64,000 nt of DNA, taken from the NCBI RefSeq assembly GCF_009914755.1, contig NC_060929.1. One strand, 5' to 3'. The notes under the pieces were generated by a model, which was not told where the DNA came from, ran no database searches, and saw only the letters and a list, made by a program, of their open reading frames with translations. Origin of the DNA: the human T2T-CHM13v2.0 reference genome, Homo sapiens. A program made the translations under genes and the position numbers. The number at the start of each line of letters is the position of its first letter. Within the stretch, counting starts at the first letter, position 1. Positions 52,961-64,000 of the stretch are shown here, piece after piece.

Positions 52961-53220
52961 AAGTCTTTTTGGTGGGTTAGGTTGGGGCTGGGAAAAGGAA
53001 GATAAAGAAGCTTGAAGGGTAGAAAGAAAAGAAAAATAAAGGGAAGGAAATAGAGAAAGCATACATTCCAAATAAAACAATATCATAGAACAAACAATTT
53101 CCCATACTCTAGGGCATAGCGTTTAGCTCATCTTTAAGAAGCACAAACTACTAGTATTGTTCAAGATGTAAAATAGCAAGGTCATTTGACACAACTACAC
53201 TAAAGCAATCATAATACTTA

Positions 53221-53550
53221 AACCGTGAAACACCGTGCTGTAAAACACAGCCAACATTCTACCACGCAGCTAAGTATCCCCCCTGGACTAATTATTTTTA
53301 AAAGTTAGACAGAAAACCGTTATAGTTTTAGGCACTCTTGTCGACCTAGAAGTGAATAAAGCACGTTTCTGCCAACCAGAGGATGTGGTTTAAGGTGCCT
53401 GGCATTCTTTTGCTTTTTGTTTTTACTCATTTGATAATGTTTTCATTACGTACCAAGCAGAAGAGCTCACTGTAACAGTACGCGGCGGCGTTAAGATGGA
53501 ATAGGTGTACCGTAATGGATGGTATTGCAAATACCGAGCTATAAACGATA
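53221..53550. promoter_or_regulatory. Candidate low-GC CpG-retaining promoter or regulatory element
   Basis: 14 CpGs in ~330 bp of non-repeat AT-rich DNA incl. TACGCGGCGGCG; MYB motif AACCGTTA 53315-53322; minus-strand donor TTG|gtacgt at 53454/53453. Confidence 0.45.
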
Positions 53551-53656
53551 CACTCTTATTAAAGTCACAAAAGAAGGGGACAGACTTAAACATTCCTAGA
53601 TTGTAGCTGAAAAGTAAAATATAAGTTTTGGAAGTAGAAATGGAACCTTTTATTTA

Positions 53657-54027
<371 letters not shown>

Positions 54028-54199
54028 AATCTCATTAAGTGTTAAAAGATCACTAGATAATTTTGGGGTCTGTCTACACTAATTAACCTAACCCTACTTA
54101 AAACTAATTAAAATAGTTTTAAAGGAACAAACATCGAGTAGTCAGAACAGATGAATCCCTAGGGGGTTGCAGACACAGTACAGAGGGTCTTTAGGCGTA

Positions 54200-54425
54200 C
54201 TCAGGTTTGGGAAGATCCTAGCTGGTTTTGAATTCAGGCTCTACCAGTTACTCACTGTGACCTTGGCTAGTTCCTCAACTTTTCTGTGCTTCTGGTTTCT
54301 TAACAGTAAGGTGGCATTACTAGAAATGTCAACTACACAAGATTCTGGTGAGGATTCAACACATTCAAGGCACATGAGAGTCATGCTGGCACTTGATAAG
54401 CATTCACTAAATGGAAGTATGATTG
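54200..54425. mobile_element. MIR
   Basis: TTTGAATTCAGGCTCTACCAGTTACTCACTGTGACCTTGGC..GTGAGGATT..TGCTGGCACTTGATAAGCATTC. Confidence 0.75.
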
Positions 54426-56414
54426 CTATTGATGGCTTCCACCCACTACTTTGGGAGCACCTGAAGTGACACAGTACAGGCTATAGACTTTTGGTGATCT
54501 TTGCCTGTAGATTTTCTTTTATTTTCTTCCCTTAAAAAAATCATCTAAATATGAGTACTGGCCATACATAAACCATATAAACCGATATACTTTGCAAAAT
54601 TAACCCCAAATGCAAATTCCTTCATTTGTCCACCATAGAGTATCCCCCCTTCTTTAGACTTGTTTATATACTTGGGTTGAGAGCAGGATTCTTTTTTTTT
54701 TCCTTTTTTTTTTTTTTTTAATAAATTGTTATGTTTTTTCCTCCATATACACTCAGTCCTCCCCCTCCTCTGCCTACATACAAAAGAAAGACCTCAAAAA
54801 TACACAATAGCTTTTTCTTTTCCTCTGTCAGACGTAAGTTTTGAAGACTTCACAATTTATTGGTGGTCAGGTGGGAAAAAACAGTTTTCTAAAATGCAAA
54901 CGCTTCTAAAACTACCAGTGTCTCCTCTGGCAGCACCAGCTTCAAATGATCTGCCCACTGAGAGCATCTCAGTTTGATGCATACTATTTCATAAAAGCTG
55001 ATTCAGGCTTTAGACTCCTACAGGGTCTTCATAAAGTAGGTATAAAATAATAAAAAAAATAAAGCTAAAGCTTAAAGATTGAATCTAAAGGACATTTATT
55101 TCTGATCTCACCTCTCTCATTTTAGAAGAGGGATGTTGATTTTTTTCTTCTAAAATATGTTGTGTTTACTTTAGTAAATTTTCTTCAGATAGGATCCAAA
55201 GAAGGAATAGCTTGTTCTAGTTTGATATTTATAATTATATATATGCTTAAGCAAATAAAACATTTAGACCTAAACTCTCAGACAAAGGGCTAGGCATTTT
55301 ATGTGTTTAGATCTGCAGACGGTCCTTACGGCCATCATTTTCTTTCCAATGCTCTTTGAGTCTGGTAGCCATAACAATAGTGCTGTTCTGCAGTAATGAA
55401 GCTATGTTTTCTCATAAAATGCAAAAGATATTTGTTTAGATCATATGTCTGTGAAGCAAGTATAGTGCAAACTTTTGAAAATAGTCACAATCAGACATGA
55501 AATGTGTTAGGTAGTTAGGCTGATAATTTCTAAATTTAAATGGATTGAGCAAGAATGTTGTATGTTTGTCAGTTCCTAGAAGAGGGGGCATTAGAATTTA
55601 GCTACTCACAATCTTATACCAATTATAAAAAGTTTGCTTTGACAAGACATGACCAAGAAGCATAGACTGTCACAGTGGCCTTAGGCTGCTCCCCATGCAT
55701 AAATATATTTCTTCCACTTGATTAAGATTTCAGAATTAGAATTGCACATTTTTAGATTAAGCAATAATCTCTTCTAATCTCAAATAAGATACTAGCTTAT
55801 TGCCTCCCTTTTGCATTTACACCTACGTTTTTTAAGGTCATTACTTCTGTTTTTAATTCTACACAGGTTTTTGTATAGCAAAATAGGTCTACCTTGTATA
55901 GCCTTCCCTGTTTCAGTCTTATAAGTAAATCTGGACATATTTTCCTGTGGTGTTTATGATTTCTTGTTTTCATATTTAAAATTGGTATGCCTAAGATTAT
56001 TTTCATGCATTAAGAACCTAGGATTCCAGAGTCATTATATTCCAAATGTTTAGCATTTAAAACAATAACAATTTTTAAAAAATCTAACCATTCTATCAGT
56101 TTAAATGATATGCTTATTGTTTGCTAGTTACTCATATATATATTTAGTTCCAATATCTTTATTTCTATTCTGTGAAATTGGTACCCTTCTGTTTTTTGTG
56201 TTTATTTTCTTTTCCTCCAGTAACCAACCTGCTGTCTTGGGTTCTATCACAGCCTCTCATAGCATTTTAATTCTTGGCAGGTTTACATTTCTTGCCTGCC
56301 ATTTACATTTCTTTCTATTTTTTCTTTTATTTTTTAAAAATATTTTTGAATAACCCTAATTCCTAGTTTTTTTTTTTGTTTTACTTGAAATGCATTCCTA
56401 CAAACTTGCAGTTA

Positions 56415-56655
56415 CGTAAAAGGAATAAGTCCTAGTTTTCTATAACACTGTAGGTTACTATAGTTAGCAATAATTTATTGTACATTTTCAAGTAGGTAGA
56501 AGAGAGGATTTTGAATGTTCCCAACATAAAGAAATAAAAAATGAGGTGATGGATGTGCTAGTTACCCTGATTTGATTATTATACATTGTATAGATGTACT
56601 GAAATATTATACCATATAGATATGTGCAATTATGTATCAATTTAAAATAATAGTT
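56415..56655 (+). mobile_element. L1MA-type 3' end fragment
   Basis: GGAATAAGTCCTAG..CTATAGTTAGCAATAATTTATTGTA..GAAGAGAGGATTTTGAATGTTCCCAACA..GTTACCCTGATTTGAT. Confidence 0.88.
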
Positions 56656-56924
56656 AAAACACATTCTAATATCATATTGTTACTTCCTACAAATTTTCGG
56701 AGGTATTTTAATTAGCATATTCATTGAATATAAAAATTTTTGTGAGGAAATATTAAATCTGTGCAATAATAAACCTTTCTATCAAAAAGTAAGGTGTGTT
56801 TTCTGTTTATTTGTCTTGTCCTTTGATAGAATTTCAACATGTGAGCAATATATTTTCATATACTTTTTAAAAAATGTAATTACATATGATAATTTTGTAG
56901 AACTTACTTAAAAATCTACAGAAA

Positions 56925-57330
56925 TTTGTGAAAATATTCTTTGATTCTGCTATTGCACAGCTATTAATTTACCTCATAGAAACATTTCCCAATGTACACA
57001 AAGTTATTTGTACAATTACTTTGACTGAAGCACTGTTCATAATATTAAAAATTGAAAGCAATTTAAACGTATATCAGTGAGAGGCTGTCTGACACATTAG
57101 GGTTCATAATTGTATACAGTAAAATGCTTGCATCTATGAAAAAGATTCAGGTAGATTTTCACGTACTGATATGAAAGGCTTTCCAAACTACATTACTAAA
57201 TGAAAAAATATAAAATACAGAACAATGTATTTAGTAGGTTAACATCTGTATAATTTTTGTATGGACTTTACAAGGAAAATTACACTGCACTATGCATAAT
57301 AATTTTTCTAGAAAGACATACAAAAGTTAT
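56925..57330 (+). mobile_element. L1ME-type 3' fragment
   Basis: TTTGATTCTGCTATTGCAC..ACTGAAGCACTGTTCATAATA..TTGAAAGCAATTTAAACGT. Confidence 0.6.
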
Positions 57331-57369
57331 TTTACTATAAGAATATGTAATAATGACTTATTTCATAGG

Positions 57370-57600
57370 CATTCAGAAGATTTTAGACATCGTTCTAAGT
57401 GCTTTCCACATAATAATTCACCTAATCCTCATTACAGTTCTCTGTGATGGCTCCTAGGCTGATCAGCGGTTTATAGATGAGGAAACTGGGGCTCTGTGAT
57501 GGTAAATAATGTGTTCTAGAAAATGTATTGGTGATAAGCAAAACAGATAAGATTCAAATCCAGGAAGATCAGCTTCAGAATCAATATTCTGAACAAATGC
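57370..57600. mobile_element. MIR
   Basis: GTTCTAAGTGCTTTCCACA..AATCCTCA..TTTATAGATGAGGAAACTGGGGCT..GATTCAAATCCAGG. Confidence 0.8.
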
Positions 57601-58450
57601 ATGTGCTTCCCTTTAGAAGTGCCCATCTTTGGGGGTAAGACCTAAGATGTTGGGTAAGAATCATTTCATTTTGCCTTTTGTAGCTTTTTGTTTTAATATC
57701 TACTTTCTGATTGTAATACTTTTTTTATCAAAAATTAAGTTTTATCCAAGTGATCTTTTAATTTTTCTTTATTGTTTTCTTGTTCATACAAAACCTAGCA
57801 AATGCCATATGAACAGATTTAAGAGTAAAAGAATAATGCGGATGTCCACACAGGGAGAGTATCTTAGAGAAAATATACCTTCCCCACATGAGGGGACTGC
57901 TGGCAGTAAACGTCATAAGCGGAGGGACATTGTACCAAAGGGTAGTTGGAAATGTAATGGAAGTCTTTTGCTCATGACTCTCTGACCTGAATATATTTTA
58001 ATCTGCTTTTGAATCGCTAAGTTATAGCAACACATTGCAAAGCACTAAGATATGTAAAATATTTGAATTTTTAAACAGAAATATTTGACTATTCAACAGG
58101 ATTACTTTCCATAGCGTGATTCATAACATTGTCAGTACTTTTGTCATTGCCTTCATATAGCAGAAGTGATGTAACATTATAGAATAATGTGTGATGTGTG
58201 ATAGAAATATGAAATGATGGAGTGGTTGGGTCTTTGCATTAGAATAAACTTTATGAGTTACATAGTGTTTAATAGTTTCTGGCTGGTATGAAACCATGCT
58301 TTAATTGGGATTGAGCCAAACCAAAGTAGTACCAATGGCGTGGATTCATTTCCAAAGAACCAGTGCTTTTTTTCTGCAAACTATTTATGGATCATTTAGT
58401 TTCCCAAAGAAAATGTGGGGTATATCTCCTATGTAGTCCTTCTGGAGGCT

Positions 58451-58451
<1 letters not shown>

Positions 58452-58497
<46 letters not shown>
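58452..58497. repeat. (GT)n microsatellite, about 23 units
   Basis: Uninterrupted GT run. Confidence 0.97.
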
Positions 58498-58499
<2 letters not shown>

Positions 58500-58925
58500 A
58501 GCTGTGTGTATAACTGTGGTAATGTACATAACGTATTTGAAATGATAAGAAAGCTGTTATTGCAAATTGTAGCCTAAGATTGCAAAGCTGAGGAAGACAG
58601 GTGGCAGGATCCCACCACCTAGCTCTAAATATAGATTCCAGATAACATAGAACTTTCTGAGAGGTGAATGGGGTTATAGTGAATGTGGGGAAGGGATGGA
58701 AGGGTAGTAATTCCTAGAGAAATGTGGGAACATAGGAAAATAAAAGGACAGCCCTATGACAAGCTCACTTTCTTTCTGTGAGTTCTCAAGACTCTGGTCA
58801 GATCCAAGTTAAAGGAATGTAAAATTGAATTTTGGATTGGATATTTTACTGTCTACACATGAGAATGTCCTAGAACTGAAAATGAGTGTAAGCTATCCAT
58901 TGCTGAAAATCAAAGAAAAGGGAAG

Positions 58926-59386
58926 TACAATGCTTAATTTTATGTGCCAGCGTTGCCAAGTTGTCATCCCAAGATAGGTCACCAAACTTTATTCTGAATG
59001 TTTTTGTGAGGGTGTTTTTGGATGAAATTAGCTTAAGTGTGGACTTTGAGTGATACAGATTGCCCTCCATAATGTGGGTGGGCCCTCATCCGATTAGTCA
59101 AAGGCCTGAATACAACAAAAAGACTGACCTTCCCCTAGCAAGAGTGAATTCTGCAGTAGTTGGCATTTGAACTTGAGCGGCAACATTGGCTTTCTCCTAG
59201 GTCTCCATTCTGTTGACCTTTAGACGCGTAATTGCTCTTCTCTGGGTCTCCAGTTCGCTGACCCACCCTGCAAAATTTTGACTTGCTACCTTCTAAAATC
59301 ACATGAGTCAATTCATTAAAATGAATCTCTGCATATATTTGCACATTCTATCAGTTCTGTTTCTCTGTAGAACCCTGATTAATGCA
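58926..59386 (+). mobile_element. ERVL solo LTR, MLT2 family (MLT2B/C/D-like)
   Basis: ATGCTTAATTTTATGTGCCA..TGTGAGGGTGTTTTTGGATGAAATTA..CAGATTGCCCTCCATAATGTGGGTGGGCC..GTTCTGTTTCTCTGTAGAACCCTGATTAATGCA. Confidence 0.88.
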
Positions 59387-60304
59387 GGGGACAAGGCTGC
59401 ATATTTGAACACAGTGGTGGGAGAAAAACTAAAGCTGTTTTTTGCTTGCACCCTAAGAAGTTTGTCCCATTTAATAAATTGGCTGCACACACTAGACAGC
59501 CTGTCCTCTTACAGTGAAGATCAGAGGACGACACAGAAAACTGAAGCAAATAGAGTGAATTGGATCTCTTGTATTTCTCTTTTGCTTTGGCTCATTCCTT
59601 TTTCCTCTCATTTTCACCTCTCAGAAAGTCTTAGAGTTGGTTCTATCCTTTGTGTGAAAGGGCTGAATTGGGCTCATCCCATTACAGAATCTATGGCATA
59701 TTACTATCCAGAAATTCTTTTATGTCAAATAGAAGCAGCTAAACTGGTATGAAATTGTTGACAGACCAATAGCATCTCACAAGTAAGTGAAGCTTCTCCT
59801 CTTGAAACTGAATCTTGCAATTAATAGAGCATTTAAAATGACATGATTATTGCATCAACTTTCATTAGAGTTGTAATCTTCCGCACTGCACATTCCATCA
59901 CCCATTTGTATTCATTTACAATGTCATCCAGACCCTATGAAAATAAATCACCTTGGATTCAAAATACCAAGGTCTTATATCAATGCACCTTATATTTTAA
60001 TGCCTCTTGTCTAATGACATGAATACCTCAGACATGCAAATTTATAATAGTGTATATACATTTGATGATGGTCTAAAAATAGCTTCATTCTCTTCTCTTT
60101 TTTAAATCTTTGTTGCTTAAAGTAGAACAAAAAGGAATAATTAGATATAATTGAAAGAAAGAGATTTGGTAGTTTATTTATTCTTTGAGGCAATGGTCAT
60201 TTTTCCTATAACCTACAGGGTAAATTCAAAATCTCTTCCATGATCTGACTAGAACCTGCTGTTTTTTTTTTTCTACTAAATATCTATTCTCTCCGTGAGT
60301 GCAC

Positions 60305-60728
60305 TGTGGCAGAGAATGCTGTGCTCAATATCAGGTTTCACCTCTTGTCCCCAGCACACTGCATCTACCAGCCTCTTGCTGTTGAGGGAAATAACACTCT
60401 GTGTTTAGGCCAATTGGAGGCAGGTGAAAGTGGTGTAAACCAGTTCTAGACATGACCTTTCTCAATTCTCACATGATCATTCATGAACTATTATGCCTTT
60501 GCTTATAATATTAGATGTAGAGAATCTCATGAAAGATTCTAACGCCCTTGAACAGGGGCAGGTGGAGTAACCACATGGAATAAACCTTGGTCTCTGAAGG
60601 ACTGCATGGGATAGAAGTCACACAGGGACCCATCTTAGACTGTGATATGAAAAAGAAATAAGCGTTATGGTGGTAAATTGTTCAGAGTTTGGGTTTCCTA
60701 CAGCAACTAGCATTACTGCTAGTAATAT
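60305..60728 (+). mobile_element. Old MaLR LTR (MLT1H/I/J-like) inserted in an L2 relic
   Basis: TGTGGCAGAGAATGCT..GGCCAATTGGAGG..CCTTGGTCTCTGAAGGACTGCATGG..GAAAAAGAAATAAGC..CAGCAACTAGCATTAC. Confidence 0.65.
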
Positions 60729-62856
60729 GAATAATCTAAATTTTAGCTATAGTAAATTATTTTTATACTCTGTCCATGCAATTCCTAATTCCACAATGCC
60801 TTTCCCTGCAATGCCCATCTCTGCCAACTGCATTTCTTTTCTTTCCTTAAGACCCAATTAAAATTCTTCTATCTCCTTTATACTCATAATAAGAATGTGT
60901 TATTCCCACAGAATATATTCGTTGTCTTATATCACTCTTTATGTCCTAGTACATTTAGTTTTATACAGTACCTAATATATTTCTATATTTCTCATCAGTA
61001 TAATATCTGGCACATATAGATGTGTAAAGTAAAATAGATATGTCACATGACTCCCGTGGCTCATAGCCAGCCATAAACATTATTTTATAACCTGTAACTA
61101 TGCTAAATAACCCTACTTGTATATGTAGCTATAAAATGTCTTTATTTTAGTGCATTTTAAACCAAAATAGTTAATGGGAATAGTTGATCATTTTGAAAAT
61201 GGAAGGTTATAGTTGTTTAGGAGAAAAACACTAAAGGAACATGTATTACATACTTAGCTGTTGTGACATACTTTTCAGGTGAATCTTCAGTGAGAGGTTA
61301 AGAAGTCCTCACATTTCAGAAATCATTAACATTTGAAGTTACAGAATCCTGAGGTCAGCAGTAAGTAGACTAAATGGTACCCATGAGGAAGTCAGCACAT
61401 GTCCCCAAAAGTAAATTTCTTATCCCCTTATCACGAGAAGCAGCCTATTAAGTAGTTATGGTAGTAAATTTTAAATTCCCCTGAAGAAAAGATTGACAAA
61501 ATTGAATTATGAAGAAGAGCTAAGAAGATTAAATTACCAGAAGAAGAGCAAAGTCTTGGGAGTAACTTCTCAGCAGTCTTCAGACCCAGAAAGTTTTATT
61601 AAGTAGGGAGTAGGAAGGGTACAATAAGACAACATTGCTGAATTTGCAAATGTTTGGGCTATCTATATGTAAAGTCCAACTGGTGTAAACATTGCACAGG
61701 AGGATGAACGGAATTTGTAAAAATTTGGCATTAGGGAGTGTTAGGACCAGCATATCCCCCATCCTAGAACCATATGGCTATCAAGTCTACTTCTCTTATT
61801 TCTGAGATGAGCAAACTGAATCGTAGAGAGGTTAGTTAGCGTCAGACCATCACTTCAGATTTCAGAATATGAAAATATTTATAAGTCCTGCATAAACATA
61901 AACTGTTATTACTGCAATTCCTCTCACTTAAAAAACAAACAAAACAAACAAACAAAACATTTAGCATACGATGATGACTTTTAGTATGTCTCTCCATGGT
62001 TAAAGGACTCTTGCTCAGGATCTTAAAATAAATAAGGTAGACCCAAAGAAGAAAGGCAACCCTTATACCCAGGGCCTCATGTCACTCATACATTGTATGT
62101 CATTCTGGTCATACTGATAAAACTAGAGTATATAGTAAAATTATCAAAATGTTGCTATCTTCATGTAACTCACAATTAGATTACTCATTTAGAATAATTA
62201 ATGTGATAACTTTTCCTAATTGGAAATTTGGTAGTTCTTGTGAAACATCATTAATGCCATAGAAAAACTAAAATAATTAGATTTCAAGTATCATACACAT
62301 TTTTCTCTAATGCAATAAGGGGAAGAGGGCAATTGTGATCTGGTTGATCTGGTAGTATTCAGTTTACCAATTATTTTATATTTAATCTCTACAGAAAAGC
62401 CTTTATTTTATGAGTACCAGTGATATATGAATAGACTGAGGCACACCAAGCTGAAGTCTCATGAAGCCATGTAGCTTCAATCTCCTCATCCAAGAATGAA
62501 TGATTCCAATTCATTACATTTATTCATTCACACAACAAAACTAGGATGTCTAATGGTGATAATTGCTATAAAAAAAAAACAATAAAATAGGGGAGGAGAG
62601 AGGATGTCAAGGTATAGAAAGTACAGCTTTTCATAGGGTAGAAAAAGGAAAAGCATCATTTAAAAATGACAGCTGAGCAATCACCCAATCTGCAGAAGAA
62701 TAGTTTCAGAAAAAGGGACAGCATTGAAAATGCCCTGAATTGAGGAGCAGCAGAGTGGTCTGGGGAGGAATTAGCAGGAAATAAAGACAGAGAGCTAATG
62801 TAGAGCCAGATTACATAGAGCTTTTTGAAGTACTGCAAAGATTTTACCCTGAGTTG

Positions 62857-62935
62857 AGCATTACACACTCTATGCATGGAACAAAATATCACAGGTGCCC
62901 CCATAAATGTGTGCAAATATTATGTACTAATAATG
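62857..62935 (+). mobile_element. Short L1MA 3' tip
   Basis: CATTACACACTCTATGCATGGAACAAAATATCACAGGTGCCCCCATAAATGTGTGCAAATATTATGTAC. Confidence 0.75.
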
Positions 62936-63127
62936 ATTTTAGTTTTTCTTAAATTGAGTGGAGAAGATATTAGAGGGCTTTGGTAAAGCGAACCGGATGG
63001 AACGACGTATATATTAAGAGAATAACTCCGGCTGCTGAATTGAGCATAGACTATAGGAAAGTGGACACAGAAGGGGAAATGGAGAAGCTGAAAGGCCAGT
63101 GGAAAGGCTGCTAAAAAATCTAAAAGA

Positions 63128-63424
<297 letters not shown>

Positions 63425-64000
63425 TCTAAATGAAAGATGATGTTGGATTGGAACAGAGTGGTAACAGGGACATGCTGAGAAGGCATAGATTTTGAAAATA
63501 AAAAAGCAATGGGCTTTGCTAAGGAATGAATGTGAGGTGTGGGAAAGAGGAAACAAGAATGATTCCAAGGCCGTTTGGCCTAAACAGCTAGAAACTCAAG
63601 AGTAGTTGTCCACTGAGATGGGGAACACTGTGGGAGGAACAGGTGTAAGGAGGTAAAACCAAAAAGTTGAGTTTGGGATATGATACATTTGAAATGCCAA
63701 TTAGATTTCACAGAAATATATCAAGTGGACAGTTAGGCATGTGATTCTGAAATGCAGGGGAGAGGTTCAGGGTGGACTAATAAATGTGGAAGATTTTATA
63801 GCATAGAATACTTAAATCCATGAAAATGGATGAGTATGCCAAAGGAATGAATGTGTAGTTAGAGATGAGGTTCACGGTCTGAGAACTGAGGGTCATGAAA
63901 CTTTGGATGCTGCGGAAATGGAAAAGAATGAGCAAATGGTCTGGAAAGGAGAATCCAGTTATGGAAAAAATACAGGAATGAGTAATGTCCTGGAAGACAG

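Noticed and set aside
59303-59752. Longest ORF (149 aa)
   Set aside because: Starts inside an MLT2 LTR and has no recognisable homology.

Overview
AT-rich, CpG-poor primate (very likely human) genomic DNA, either intergenic or deep intronic. I recognise no protein-coding exon, RNA gene, processed pseudogene or NUMT. The supplied ORFs are Alu/L1/LTR read-throughs or chance ORFs. Roughly half the window is interspersed repeat: 12 Alus, a nested L1 complex at 9.2-20.3 kb, several other L1 fragments, L2/MIR relics, MaLR/ERVL/ERV1 solo LTRs and hAT DNA-transposon relics. Repeat subfamily names come from memory of consensus sequences and need RepeatMasker/Dfam confirmation; boundaries of old repeats are approximate. 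I cannot demonstrate a new biological system. The best leads are: (1) a small repeat-free CpG-retaining patch at ~53.2-53.55 kb with a MYB motif and a minus-strand splice donor, possibly a germline promoter of a spliced non-coding RNA with candidate minus-strand exons at 48.7, 38.2, 36.6 and 32.4 kb; (2) a TCF/LEF+OCT+SOX motif cluster at 39.4-39.9 kb; (3) mechanistically informative retrotransposition fossils: an extreme 5'-truncated L1 with a 3' transduction, a twin-primed inverted L1MB with TSDs, a doubly truncated L1 RT fragment inside an L2, and possible gene conversion between inverted Alus.
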